IMG/VR virus record: IMGVR_UViG_3300021425_004462 | Location: 32,001 to 96,000 of that record | Origin: a virus | DNA: 64,000 nt | Direction: 5' to 3' (one strand) | Part shown: piece after piece, positions 36,882 to 47,103 of the stretch | Layout: every line of letters starts with the position of its first letter | Position numbering within the stretch: the stretch's first letter is position 1 | Position numbers and translations under genes: made by a program | The notes under the pieces: generated by a model | Told to the model about the DNA's origin: nothing | Seen by the model: the letters and a program-made list of their open reading frames with translations, nothing else | The model's database searches: none

Positions 36882-37226
36882 TTAGTCTCTATCTAAGTGG
36901 TGTTTTATGCCGTTTCTTTTCTTGCTATATTCTTTGAAATATTTTTGCTGAACTGGATCATACCCTAGTTTATCTTTTCTTTTCTGACTAAGTTCTCTAC
37001 TTTGATCAACTAAGTCTCCATATGTACCTTTTTGGTTTGCTGTTTTTTGTATAAAAGCTTGATTATCAAAAGGATCTGAGCTTGAATCTATACTAGCCTG
37101 AGGAATATCCCACACTCTATTCCATTTAATCCCTTCTTGATCTATATAGATGTGTTCATCATTCATTGATTGAATAATATCTATAGTTTCTTCTGTCTCA
37201 GGGTGTTCGTATGTATATAAAGGCAT
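36882..37226 (-). CDS. FmdB-like zinc-ribbon-derived protein lacking Cys
   Basis: MPLYTYEHPETEE..DIIQSMND pattern. Confidence 0.55.
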   Translation of the reverse strand: MPLYTYEHPETEETIDIIQSMNDEHIYIDQEGIKWNRVWDIPQASIDSSSDPFDNQAFIQKTANQKGTYGDLVDQSRELSQKRKDKLGYDPVQQKYFKEYSKKRNGIKHHLDRD

Positions 37227-38281
37227 TATTCTAATATTTTTTCTAAAGTATTTTTGTATGTAAATTTATTTTTTAGTTTATTGCCTTCGGTATTTTCTTT
37301 TTTACAAATAGTTTCAGCTTTTTCCATTGCGGATATAAATTCTTCGTCATCAAAAGTATATATACTGCCTTGGTTGAAGTCAGAACCTTTTTTAAAAAAA
37401 ATGTTATCATAAACTTCTTCTTTTCCGTTTGGCTCAATTAATATAGAATTATCTTTTGAGGCCCAGTCTTTATGTGCAGTTGAATTTAATACAATACTCC
37501 ATTTCCCTAGGCATGTGGCATTGAAGGATGGTAGGTTCCAACCTTCTGCACCACTCATACCTCCAAGATCGATATCTATTGAGTTTAAAAAATCATTAAC
37601 TTGAGAGTTTTTAGGTAAAAATGGCAAGAAGTTTATGTTTCCATAACTTTTTCCTTGAAGTATATTTCTTATGGAAGCTTCCATTTCTTCTTTTTTGAAA
37701 AATGGATTAGAAATGCAACACGTTAATTGGTATTTGTAGTTATTGCCATATTTCTTGATCCAGTTTCTTATAATTTTTTCTGTATGCTTTCTTTTTTCTA
37801 GCTTACCCATTAAACCAAAATGAATCTTATCGTTTAAATATTTTTTTTCGGTATTATAAAAAGAATCGTCAAAACCTAACGGCGCATAGGATGCGTTATT
37901 AAATTTACCTGCAGAATAAGAACTGCTAAAAACAACTTTATCTTGAAGTTCTGCTATTTTTACCTCTGATTCTGTGGGTTGATCTAATTCGTAAAAAGTG
38001 TAAAGTATTTGATTTTTAGATATCCTGCTTTCTGCGCCATTTAAGTGCCACATCTGAAGGGTCGTTGTGTTTTTATCTAATTTTTTATATCTATTATTAA
38101 CCCCGTCTTCTACCCAAAGTTTAAAATTAGAGTCATTTATTTTAAATGAACTGACATCCACATTGCCAGTTGGGAAAATTGCTACATCTATATTTTTAGA
38201 GTATATTTCTTTTAGTAAATTAAAGCAAACATTACCAAAAGATAGTGAGTTAAGTGGACCTTTAAATATTAATTTGTTCAT
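37226..38281 (-). CDS. GT-B (GT4-like) glycosyltransferase
   Basis: YTFYE, PLGFD, GKLEKRK, SGAEGWNLP. Confidence 0.8.
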   Translation of the reverse strand: MNKLIFKGPLNSLSFGNVCFNLLKEIYSKNIDVAIFPTGNVDVSSFKINDSNFKLWVEDGVNNRYKKLDKNTTTLQMWHLNGAESRISKNQILYTFYELDQPTESEVKIAELQDKVVFSSSYSAGKFNNASYAPLGFDDSFYNTEKKYLNDKIHFGLMGKLEKRKHTEKIIRNWIKKYGNNYKYQLTCCISNPFFKKEEMEASIRNILQGKSYGNINFLPFLPKNSQVNDFLNSIDIDLGGMSGAEGWNLPSFNATCLGKWSIVLNSTAHKDWASKDNSILIEPNGKEEVYDNIFFKKGSDFNQGSIYTFDDEEFISAMEKAETICKKENTEGNKLKNKFTYKNTLEKILE

Positions 38282-38664
38282 TAAAATGGAATATCTGCGA
38301 ATTCATCGTCTTCTTGAGTATTTTGTTTTTCTTTAGGTACTGGATTATCTGTTGAGTTTTCATTATTTCCACTTAAAAATGTAACTAAATCAGCTATACA
38401 ATATATTTTATTTCTTGTTTGTCCTTCTGCATTTTTCCAAGAATTTAAATGGAGCCTTCCATCTATCATTACTTTCCTGCCTTTACTTAAGAATCTAGCG
38501 CAGTTATCTGCAGTCTTGTTCCACGCTTCTACATCTAGATAAAGGACATTATCTGACGGTCTGTTGTTTATTGCTATAGTGAATACGCAAACTTTTTTAC
38601 CTGTTTTAGTTTCTTTTACTTCTGGGTCCCTTGTTAAATTTCCTAGTCCTATAAATCTATTCAA
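38281..38664 (-). CDS. ssb: Single-stranded DNA-binding protein
   Basis: GNLTRDPE, LSKGRKV.IDGRL, acidic C-terminal DEFADIPF. Confidence 0.95.
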   Translation of the reverse strand: MNRFIGLGNLTRDPEVKETKTGKKVCVFTIAINNRPSDNVLYLDVEAWNKTADNCARFLSKGRKVMIDGRLHLNSWKNAEGQTRNKIYCIADLVTFLSGNNENSTDNPVPKEKQNTQEDDEFADIPF

Positions 38665-39268
38665 TGTTAAATTCTCCTTTTAGTTCGTTTTGTATTTCTT
38701 TAATTGCTGAGTTATGTATATTTATGCAACCTTGGATACTTAAGTTTAATGAATCTCCTATATTTTTCCAGGGCATTACTTTATTTTTCATTCCTTCAAT
38801 GTATCTCATGTTGAATATTTTTTCAACTCTTTTATCTGGATGATTATCTATTATCTTTAAAACTTTATTAAATATATCTTCTTTTATAGAGTTTGCTATG
38901 TCTTTAGATTCTTCTGATTCTTGATCTGTCATATTTTCTATAAAATCTGAGTTAAAAACAGGTCTTCTTTTATTTCTGTTGTACGTGTTTAGGCAGTTCC
39001 ATTTTGTTTCATTACCTAAATATGTGCTGAATTTGGTACCTTTCGTTTCGTCGTATTTTAATGCAGCCATGTATATCTTGTATTCTTTTTCGTTAATTAA
39101 CTCGTCTTTATCAATATAATTGCTTTGCCTAGAAGAATATGCATTTACCATATCTATATATATTCCGCTATGCCGATCTACTAATTCATTTAAACTCTCT
39201 TCAATATCATGTTGATTTTTTATATTATTAATAAGTTCAGAATCGGATTGATTATTGAAATAGTTCAT
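38657..39268 (-). CDS. Phage sigma-70-family sigma factor (regions 2 and 4)
   Basis: SDSELI..IK, AALKYDETKGTKFSTY, IF.MRY...IG.SLNLS. Confidence 0.85.
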   Translation of the reverse strand: MNYFNNQSDSELINNIKNQHDIEESLNELVDRHSGIYIDMVNAYSSRQSNYIDKDELINEKEYKIYMAALKYDETKGTKFSTYLGNETKWNCLNTYNRNKRRPVFNSDFIENMTDQESEESKDIANSIKEDIFNKVLKIIDNHPDKRVEKIFNMRYIEGMKNKVMPWKNIGDSLNLSIQGCINIHNSAIKEIQNELKGEFNIE

Positions 39269-39797
39269 TGTATATAGAATTTATTTTATTGTTTATATAT
39301 AGATTATCTGTTTCTCTGAAATTTTTCCACTTTACTCTATATTGGGACATGTTTTTTAAGATAGGATCGTTCTTTAATTCCTCCTTATTGGGCGCGATGT
39401 TTCCGTGCCTTTCGATATGGATTGTTTTTCCGCCCTGAGATTCAACCCATTCTATTTCATTTTTATACCTAACATCTGTAATGAAGACATAATCCTGATT
39501 GATACTTTTAAGTTTATTGGAGAGCCTATCGATCCAACAGTTCTTGTTAAGCCTTCTTCTTACCTTTGTCCCATAGCATACCAAGAAAGGTCTGATGATT
39601 TCTTTCTCTGTATTGATTTCGGTAAATGCTGATATACCTATATTCTTCTTGAGAAAATCATCACATTCTTCTTTTAATTCATCAGCAAACGCTAGTCGTT
39701 TGGATGAAATATTTTTATTACTTAATTTTTTGGATAAGAACTGAAACAGAGTATCCTTACCTGATCTCGCTAATCCTGATATTCCTATAATTGTCAT
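39252..39797 (-). CDS. Deoxynucleoside monophosphate kinase
   Basis: GLARSGKDT, AFADELK, R..LV.YGT, ITDVRYKNE. Confidence 0.9.
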   Translation of the reverse strand: MTIIGISGLARSGKDTLFQFLSKKLSNKNISSKRLAFADELKEECDDFLKKNIGISAFTEINTEKEIIRPFLVCYGTKVRRRLNKNCWIDRLSNKLKSINQDYVFITDVRYKNEIEWVESQGGKTIHIERHGNIAPNKEELKNDPILKNMSQYRVKWKNFRETDNLYINNKINSIYNELFQ

Positions 39798-40105
39798 GAA
39801 CCGAAAATGTTTTTGACCTTAGAGGATAAATCATGAAATCCGGCATTAGCTAACATTCGTGATACTGAGTGATAGCTCGTTACTTCATTCATGTCTTCAT
39901 CTACCTCGTTTGGTATATAGTCTTTACTTATCTTTGACGAAATCATGACCGAGGATAGTTTCAAGTCCTTACCTCGCTCCGCTAACATATTTACTAATGC
40001 TTTTGTGCAAGCCTCTGTTTCATCTTCAGCAGACAAAACTATCGACCAATCAGAGCATTTAACTATGAAACATGTTTCTTTATCTAAATCGATAATATTT
40101 TCCAT
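39794..40105 (-). CDS. Hypothetical protein; start re-called to ATG 40105
   Basis: ATG lies 7 nt after a perfect TATAAT; the track start 40141 is the TTG of the -35 box. Confidence 0.7.
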   Translation of the reverse strand: MENIIDLDKETCFIVKCSDWSIVLSAEDETEACTKALVNMLAERGKDLKLSSVMISSKISKDYIPNEVDEDMNEVTSYHSVSRMLANAGFHDLSSKVKNIFGS

Positions 40106-40112
40106 GCTTTGA

Positions 40113-40141
40113 ATTATAGCCCATAGTTGAAGTAAAGTCAA
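40113..40141 (-). promoter_or_regulatory. sigma70-type promoter, leaderless
   Basis: TTGACT-N17-TATAAT-N7-ATG. Confidence 0.85.
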
Positions 40142-40201
40142 TCTTATTTTATATATTTATTAAATTAAGATATATAGTATATCCTATTGAATAACAATGC
40201 A

Positions 40202-40237
40202 CAATTTTTTGCACGTCACTAATTCAATTTTTTGAAT
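40202..40237. repeat. Two CAATTTTTTG direct repeats, each inside a palindrome
   Basis: Copies at 40202-40211 and 40225-40234; TGCA-N8-TGCA and ATTCAA-N4-TTGAAT. Confidence 0.6.
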
Positions 40238-40242
40238 AAGAC

Positions 40243-40271
40243 TTGACAAAAATCTAATTTAAGTATAAGAT
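40243..40271 (+). promoter_or_regulatory. sigma70-type promoter, leaderless
   Basis: TTGACA-N17-TAAGAT-N7-ATG. Confidence 0.8.
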
Positions 40272-40278
40272 CTATCGA

Positions 40279-40602
40279 ATGAAAAAATTCATACAGATAC
40301 CATTAGCTATTCAAGAGGATATTATTTCGGGCAAATTAATTGGTAACGATCTAGTTGTTTACTCCTACCTCGTTGATAAGGCCGGGCACGGCAAACCTAT
40401 ATATTTTTCTAACAACAAGATAGCAGGAGAACTAGGCGGAATGTCTTACGGTAAAATATCGGCAAGCCTAAGCAGACTATATAAGGCTAAACATATTTTA
40501 AGAAAAAAAACAGCAGGAAATACAATGACACAGTTAAAGACTGTTGTTATAAATTCCAAAAATATCATGATAAAGGGGAGGCAGCATGAAGATATCTGTT
40601 AG
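40279..40602 (+). CDS. Winged helix-turn-helix protein (HTH_36/replication-initiator N-terminus-like)
   Basis: FIQIP..I, DLVVYSYL, FSNNKIAGELG.MS..KIS.SLSRL...HI. Confidence 0.7.
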   Translation: MKKFIQIPLAIQEDIISGKLIGNDLVVYSYLVDKAGHGKPIYFSNNKIAGELGGMSYGKISASLSRLYKAKHILRKKTAGNTMTQLKTVVINSKNIMIKGRQHEDIC

Positions 40603-41539
40603 GATGGAGGGTGGCTTAGGTGACCACTTCGCCGCTAATAGATTCATTCCTGCAATTAAGGAATATTACCCTGGGTGCGAAATAGACCTATGGTCAGACA
40701 CGGAAGGTAGCCCGATACAGTCAGATATACTTAAGGAAATGTGGCCAGACCATTTCAATAATGTTTTTGTTTTGGAAAAAAAGAAACATAAAAAATTTCG
40801 AATAAAATCATCAAATTTCCCAGAAGAAGATTATAGAGGGTCAATTAAAAATGTATCACCTAATGATATGAAATTAATGGAAGGGGCTTATGATAAGTTT
40901 TACGACCTACATATTGACTCCTTAGATTGGTTGAACCATGACTACGATTGGTTTAAGTATTTTAATATCTTTCCAAAACCCACTACCAACTTAACCGAAA
41001 ATATAAAGTTACCTTTTGACAAATTCATTTTAGCGCACCTTTATGCGAGAGACGGTGCAGATTCAAATATGGAAGATTGGTATATTAAGAGATTAATTAA
41101 CGATATAACAAAAGATTTCAACTTAATAATTCTTTACGATAGTCATTCCAAACATAAATACGAAGATTTTCTGGAATCAAAAAACCCAAAATTACATTTA
41201 GTGCACGCAGATCTAAGGCAAATATTTTATCTGTCCAGTAAATGTACAGCTATGTTCGGTATTGATTCAGGGATACGATATATTCCATATCATTTTGGTA
41301 AACCCACATTCACTTTCTCAAAATATTGTCAAAAATACGGAACGGTTCAATACTCTTATTTAATTAGATGGTTATTTAATGAAAAGTACGTTTTTCCTTT
41401 ACATTATGACATTAGTAGCGCAAGTCAAATAATAAAAAATTGCTTACGCAATCCTGCGTATAGATTATACCCTTTCTTACTAGATGATATAGAGCGTCTG
41501 GTTGCCCAGAGAGACATTACGGAATATATTACAGAATGA
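40586..41539 (+). CDS. GT9 (heptosyltransferase)-like GT-B protein
   Basis: RMEGGLGD..IK..YP, FGIDSG. Confidence 0.7.
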   Translation: MKISVRMEGGLGDHFAANRFIPAIKEYYPGCEIDLWSDTEGSPIQSDILKEMWPDHFNNVFVLEKKKHKKFRIKSSNFPEEDYRGSIKNVSPNDMKLMEGAYDKFYDLHIDSLDWLNHDYDWFKYFNIFPKPTTNLTENIKLPFDKFILAHLYARDGADSNMEDWYIKRLINDITKDFNLIILYDSHSKHKYEDFLESKNPKLHLVHADLRQIFYLSSKCTAMFGIDSGIRYIPYHFGKPTFTFSKYCQKYGTVQYSYLIRWLFNEKYVFPLHYDISSASQIIKNCLRNPAYRLYPFLLDDIERLVAQRDITEYITE

Positions 41540-42324
41540 AAGTAGCATTATGGTTTAGTGGGAAATTAGGAGACTGGGAAGAATGTTTAAAGTCGATAAC
41601 AGAAAATATTATCTGGCCACTAAAGCCAGATATTTTCGTTACAACTTGGGACGATCAACCCTCTTACGACTTCTGCCAATACTATAAACCAGTAAAACGT
41701 CAAATATTGAACTTCGAAAAAGCAATGGCATCGCTAGCGCCAACAGACAAGCTCCCATACCAGCCAAACAAAGGATTAATACCTATGTTAGTAGGAATTA
41801 AAGCCTCTAATACTATATTCCAAAACTACGCTTTATTAAAAAAAATCAATTACGATTTAGTAATCAGGATAAGACCAGACATACAAGTATTAGAACAAAT
41901 AAAACCTCATGAAATAAAAGATTGTTTAAAAAATAAACATATTAGACTACCACTATTTGAGAGTACCAATATATACAATCATGAAGAAGAAATCAAAAAA
42001 CAATTTAGCTTCAGTTTTGTATATGACAAAGCTTCTCTGCCAAATCAAATAAATGATCAGCTAGCTATTGGACACCCCGACCAAATGAATAAGTACGCAA
42101 ATTGTTTATCAAGCGTAGCAACTGCAATAAAAATTATGTGGAATGAAGGTTACCCTGAATATATGATCAAAGTGCCAGAGTCAGTAATAACAATGTGCCT
42201 AAACTTACAGCAATGTAAATACAAGCAATTAACAGGAACAAATCCGTTTGGTAATATTAATACAATCCTGTGTAAAAATGGCAAAAAATGGAGAAACCAA
42301 GGACACAACTCAATTTCAGTTTAA
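41536..42324 (+). CDS. Putative glycosyltransferase (ALxFSG...YDxVIRxRPD...NDQxAxG family)
   Basis: VALWFSG, DIFVTTW, YDLVIRIRPD, INDQLAIG, PE motifs. Confidence 0.65.
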   Translation: MKVALWFSGKLGDWEECLKSITENIIWPLKPDIFVTTWDDQPSYDFCQYYKPVKRQILNFEKAMASLAPTDKLPYQPNKGLIPMLVGIKASNTIFQNYALLKKINYDLVIRIRPDIQVLEQIKPHEIKDCLKNKHIRLPLFESTNIYNHEEEIKKQFSFSFVYDKASLPNQINDQLAIGHPDQMNKYANCLSSVATAIKIMWNEGYPEYMIKVPESVITMCLNLQQCKYKQLTGTNPFGNINTILCKNGKKWRNQGHNSISV

Positions 42325-43280
42325 TGAAAATTTTCTTTCCAGATATCCACATAACTTTAACAAAAAATTTAAGCAAATCCTTGCAACAGCTAGGTCACCA
42401 AATAGTACTACCCTCAAAAGATTACCGCATAACAGAGTTACCTCCTCAAAATTGGGTATGGAACACTTCCCACTCAAAAGAATCTATTAAAAAATTCGAC
42501 CTAGCGTCTAATTCTATTTTCGTAGATAAAGAAGAGCTTTTCGATATAAAACCTGACGTTATATTTGTTAGTGCATTCGAAAATCAATTCGAAGTACTAA
42601 ATATTATATGGCCTGAAGCTAAAAAATGGGGAGCAAAACTAGCATTTTACAGCGGAAACGATTATTGGGACACGGCTTATCCGTGGGAGATAATACAAAA
42701 CTATATGCCCGCAGACCAACTAGCAGCAAAGCTTTGCGCTAAACACAAAAAACATTTTTTTCATTACAAACCCTGGATTGATTATGAAATGTTTTCCTTT
42801 GATGGGGTTTCTGACGGCAAAAAGATAGGTACATATATATGTGATTACAAAAATAACTTCCCGGAAGACTACGAGTGCTATACTCAAACCATTCGAGCTC
42901 ATAATGCAGAATATATTTTATGCGAAAAAGAAACAAAACAAAGAACTTCAGAGATAATGAACGAAACAATCTCTACCTTACATATAAAAAGACTAGAAGG
43001 TTACGGTTTTGCTATTATCGAAAGCATGGCAAAAGGTAGACCGGTCTTTTTCTGGGAACCTTTAACTGAGGGCAAAAGCTACCTTCAATGGTTAGAGCTT
43101 GGGGTTACCGGCTTTACATTTAGAGATTTAGGGGATTACATTTCTCAACAAAATTTCTTAATAACAGAAACTGAATTTAGACATGAAGTACAGAATAAGT
43201 GTGCCGAGAGGATAAGAGATATAATAAATAATGAAGAAGAGAATTTAAAATTAGACAATTTCTTAAATAATCTATTATGA
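42324..43280 (+). CDS. GT-B (GT4-like) glycosyltransferase; start probably ATG 42324
   Basis: EGYGFAIIESMAKGRPV, GVTGF; TAATG coupling to the upstream stop. Confidence 0.75.
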   Translation: MKIFFPDIHITLTKNLSKSLQQLGHQIVLPSKDYRITELPPQNWVWNTSHSKESIKKFDLASNSIFVDKEELFDIKPDVIFVSAFENQFEVLNIIWPEAKKWGAKLAFYSGNDYWDTAYPWEIIQNYMPADQLAAKLCAKHKKHFFHYKPWIDYEMFSFDGVSDGKKIGTYICDYKNNFPEDYECYTQTIRAHNAEYILCEKETKQRTSEIMNETISTLHIKRLEGYGFAIIESMAKGRPVFFWEPLTEGKSYLQWLELGVTGFTFRDLGDYISQQNFLITETEFRHEVQNKCAERIRDIINNEEENLKLDNFLNNLL

Positions 43281-43975
43281 AACTGAATGATTTATTTGAT
43301 GCGGTTTATTATATTAACCTTGACTCAAGAACAGATAGAGATGAAGAGTTTTGGGAATTAAATAATAATTTTTTATGTAAAGAACGGACAATTAGAATAT
43401 CTGCGTTTGATGCGAGAAACACAAATGTAGCAGACGGGGTCTTACCTCTAATGCGTGCAAGAGCGGCGCATTCAGTAAGCTATTCTAAACCTTTCCGCCA
43501 TGCAATTGAGAATAACTTTAAAAAAATATTAGTTCTCGAAGATGACGCTGAACCAATGATCAAGGACCCAGAAGAAATGTATTCCTTGATTAAAAATTGC
43601 CAACAAACAGATTATGATATATTATTCCTTGGAGGGACAGTCCAATCTCAATTAACAAAAGAAAATGAATTTCTGTACAAGGTTAAAAATAATGTACTAA
43701 CCACACATGCAATATCTTTTTGTGATAATAATAACCTATTTAAAACAATAGCCCCATTAGGTAATAATTATGAAGCTACATTTGAGTACCTAACTAGACA
43801 AAGAAATTGTTTTGCGACAGACCTACTTACTTCAGAACTTACCTTAAAATACAGAAGTTTTTTTCCCAAGAGCCTTATCTACGGCCAATACGAAAGCTTT
43901 TCAGATATAGATGGAAAGAATGCATCTTACAATAACGATATGATAAATAGATTCGATAAATTTACCGCATCATGA
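43277..43975 (+). CDS. GT25 glycosyltransferase
   Basis: YYINLDSRTDR, ILVLEDDA, ILFLGG, TTHA, SDI. Confidence 0.85.
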   Translation: MKLNDLFDAVYYINLDSRTDRDEEFWELNNNFLCKERTIRISAFDARNTNVADGVLPLMRARAAHSVSYSKPFRHAIENNFKKILVLEDDAEPMIKDPEEMYSLIKNCQQTDYDILFLGGTVQSQLTKENEFLYKVKNNVLTTHAISFCDNNNLFKTIAPLGNNYEATFEYLTRQRNCFATDLLTSELTLKYRSFFPKSLIYGQYESFSDIDGKNASYNNDMINRFDKFTAS

Positions 43976-44871
43976 AAAAAACTAACTTCGGAGTATTAGT
44001 ATACCAAAATCAATATTTACCTGAATGTTCTTCGATTAATGTTGGAGACTACATACAATCATTAGCGGCGTTAAATATATATAAAAAAATTATAGAAGAA
44101 AAACTTAATGTTTCATTCGAAATAGATGAATTCACTAATTTAGTTTTAGAGAATAATATAGACGGATTTAATTTTATTTTCATCAAAAGAGATAACTTAC
44201 ATGAACAATCCCAATATCAAGGATTAGATAATATCATCACAATCATGAATGGATGGTGGATGTGGCCATTTAATAAAAACAAAGAATTAAGTTTTGAGAT
44301 ACCCAAAAATTTAAAACCCATATTTACTTCGTTCCATATTTACGATAATAACTTACTTAATGAAAAAAATATTAAAACTTTCGAAAGGTTTCAACCGATA
44401 GGCTGTAGGGACATAGATACATTAAATAAATTAAAAAGTAAAAACATAGATTGCTTCTTTTCTGGATGCCTAACCACAACAATAGATTTTTATGACTGGG
44501 AAGGTCAGAATTCAGATTCAGTACTACTAGTTGATTATAACAAAAATAATTTAAATGTAAATGAATCCAGACTGACACATCATACCCCAGAAATTAAGGA
44601 AGATTTTAAAAAAGGATTTAAACTAGGGCTTAATCTACTTAAAAAATATAGTTTATGCAAAAAAGTATACACCTCAAGAATACATTGCTATCTTCCGTGT
44701 CTAGCTATGGGCGTACCCGTTGAATTTAATTACGGAGATAATTCTAAGCTTAATACCTGGGGTACGGGCAATGAAAGATTCAACGGTTTAAGGGAACTTG
44801 GGGCAGAACAAGATAAACTGAATAAAATTCAACTAGGATTCGATCAAATCATGAATCACATAAAAATATAA
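43972..44871 (+). CDS. Polysaccharide pyruvyltransferase-like protein
   Basis: NVGDYIQSLA, MNGW, PIGCRD, FSGCLT, TSRIHCYLPCLAMGVPV. Confidence 0.82.
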   Translation: MKKTNFGVLVYQNQYLPECSSINVGDYIQSLAALNIYKKIIEEKLNVSFEIDEFTNLVLENNIDGFNFIFIKRDNLHEQSQYQGLDNIITIMNGWWMWPFNKNKELSFEIPKNLKPIFTSFHIYDNNLLNEKNIKTFERFQPIGCRDIDTLNKLKSKNIDCFFSGCLTTTIDFYDWEGQNSDSVLLVDYNKNNLNVNESRLTHHTPEIKEDFKKGFKLGLNLLKKYSLCKKVYTSRIHCYLPCLAMGVPVEFNYGDNSKLNTWGTGNERFNGLRELGAEQDKLNKIQLGFDQIMNHIKI

Positions 44872-44875
44872 TACA

Positions 44876-45679
44876 GTGAAAAGGATAGCTATATGCTTTA
44901 GGGGAAAATGTTCCGACGAAAATATACATTGGGCTACAGGCACGCTTAGAAAAACAGATTACAAAAAAACCTTAATTTCTATAAGAAATAATTTAATAAA
45001 TACTAACCCAAATTATAATTTCGACATATACCTACATGGCTGGATATCTGAAGAAGCTGACTCAAACAAGATAGAATCAGATTTTAATGCAAAATTAAGC
45101 AAACTTGACAAACAGATAGACTTTTCTCCGTATTACGAAAAAATTAAAAACTACAGAGAGATATTGCAATCTAGATTTAGCCATTTACATCAGAAAAATC
45201 AATATTCCTACAATGATATAAAATTTTTCGATTATTTTAATAATATATTCTCATATGCATACAGTATATCTAATGCGGTAAAACTAATAGATCAACCTAA
45301 GAATTACGAATTAATAATAAATACTAGATACGACATTAATTTAATAGAAGCCATAAATTTAAATTCACTAGATAAAAATAAAACTTATACTGACAACACA
45401 GGATTAAACCACAGCCCTCTATTTTATGGTGATTTCATACATATTTCGAAACCAGAGAAGAGTGTTTTATGGGCAAATTTTTTCAATTTTTTAAGCGAAG
45501 AGATCTTCTTTAAAAAAGATTTTGAACAATGGGCGAGAAGCTTTAAATCAAAAAATATTAACGGAAAAACCGACCACGGTATATATTCACCTCAAATGAT
45601 ATACGCTAATTTTTCCCAGACACACACACCACACAGAGATGTTGTGCCAAAAATAAACGCATCACTTTTTAGATATTAA
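44876..45679 (+). CDS. Putative glycosyltransferase, same family as 41536..42324
   Basis: IAICFRG, DIYLHGW, YELIINTRYD, GDF. Confidence 0.6.
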   Translation: MKRIAICFRGKCSDENIHWATGTLRKTDYKKTLISIRNNLINTNPNYNFDIYLHGWISEEADSNKIESDFNAKLSKLDKQIDFSPYYEKIKNYREILQSRFSHLHQKNQYSYNDIKFFDYFNNIFSYAYSISNAVKLIDQPKNYELIINTRYDINLIEAINLNSLDKNKTYTDNTGLNHSPLFYGDFIHISKPEKSVLWANFFNFLSEEIFFKKDFEQWARSFKSKNINGKTDHGIYSPQMIYANFSQTHTPHRDVVPKINASLFRY

Positions 45680-45681
45680 TA

Positions 45682-47103
45682 ATGATAAAAGCGGTACTAT
45701 TTGACTTAGATGGAGTTCTCGTTGACTCAAGAGAAATGCATTACCTAGCACTAAATAAAGCTTTAGAATATATAGATCCAAAATTTATAATCAAAAGAGA
45801 AGAACATCTATCTACTTTTGACGGTTTACCAACAAAAAGTAAACTCAATAAATTAACAGAAACAAAAGGTTTACCAAAAGATCTTTACAATGAAGTATGG
45901 AAGCTTAAGCAAAAATTTACAGTTGAAGCAATAAACGAGCAGTACTCTGTAGATGAGAGATTGTGTGGTATACTTAAAAATTTAAAGGAAAAAGGGATCA
46001 AAATGTGCGTTTGCTCTAATTCTATCAGAGAAACTACAAAAATGATACTTTTAAGGAAGGGGCTTATAGAGTATATTGAATTTTTGATAACGAATGAAGA
46101 CGTAAAGAATCCAAAGCCTAACCCTGAGATGTATTTAAGGGCAATGATACGACTTGGATTATCACCTAAAGAATGTGTTATAGTAGAGGATTCTCACATT
46201 GGAAGAAAGGCAGCTATGCTATCAGGAGCAAGTCTTTGCGCTGTAATAAATCCAAATGATGTCGAATTATCTAAAATAGAATATATTATACAAAAAGCAA
46301 ATGATAAATCAAAACTCAACCCCAAATGGCAAGGAGGAAAAATGAACGTACTTATACCAATGGCTGGAGCGGGATCCAGATTCGAAAAAGCTGGATATAC
46401 ATTCCCTAAACCATTAATCGAAGTTAGAGGTCAACCAATGATACAGGCAGTCGTCAATAATATAAATATTGACGCAAAACATATCTTTATAGTGCAAAAG
46501 GAACACTTTAAAAAGTACAACCTAAAAGAAACTTTAAATGCAATATCACCAGGTTGTGATATCGTAACAGTAGAAGGAGTAACTGAAGGCGCAGCTTGCA
46601 CAACCTTATTAGCTAAAGATTTAATAAATAACAACGAACCTTTATTAATAGCAAACTCAGATCAATTTGTAGAATGGGATAGTAATCAATTCATGTACTC
46701 TATGGTGGGAGACACTATTGACGGAGGTATACTAACATTCTACTCTACGCACCCCAAATGGAGCTACGCAAAATTAAATGAAGACGGTTTTGTTTCGGAG
46801 GTTCAAGAGAAGAAACCTATAAGTGATAAAGCTACAGTAGGTATTTACTACTGGACGAAAGGCTCTGATTACGTCAAATACGCAGAGCAAATGATTGAAA
46901 ATAATACAAGGGTGAACAACGAGTTCTACGTATGCCCTGTTTACAATGAAGCTATCAAAGACAACAAGAAAATTAAAATTTTTGATATTCCGAAGATGTG
47001 GGGCTTAGGAACACCAGAAGACCTAAATTATTTTTTAGAGCACCAAGGAAAAGAAGATTCTGATCCAGATATGTGGGCTAACACCCCAAACCCTAATGAA
47101 TAA
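45682..47103 (+). CDS. HAD phosphatase fused to a sugar nucleotidyltransferase
   Basis: FDLDGVL, KP.PE, VEDS; IPMAGAGSRF, PKPLI, TEGAACT, NSDQ, EKKPIS, NNEFY, LGTPEDL. Confidence 0.9.
   Translation: MIKAVLFDLDGVLVDSREMHYLALNKALEYIDPKFIIKREEHLSTFDGLPTKSKLNKLTETKGLPKDLYNEVWKLKQKFTVEAINEQYSVDERLCGILKNLKEKGIKMCVCSNSIRETTKMILLRKGLIEYIEFLITNEDVKNPKPNPEMYLRAMIRLGLSPKECVIVEDSHIGRKAAMLSGASLCAVINPNDVELSKIEYIIQKANDKSKLNPKWQGGKMNVLIPMAGAGSRFEKAGYTFPKPLIEVRGQPMIQAVVNNINIDAKHIFIVQKEHFKKYNLKETLNAISPGCDIVTVEGVTEGAACTTLLAKDLINNNEPLLIANSDQFVEWDSNQFMYSMVGDTIDGGILTFYSTHPKWSYAKLNEDGFVSEVQEKKPISDKATVGIYYWTKGSDYVKYAEQMIENNTRVNNEFYVCPVYNEAIKDNKKIKIFDIPKMWGLGTPEDLNYFLEHQGKEDSDPDMWANTPNPNE

Noticed and set aside
40198-40213. 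Second sigma54 promoter (TGCACAATTTTTTGCA)
   Set aside because: Lacks the invariant GG at -24; better read as a palindrome or repeat
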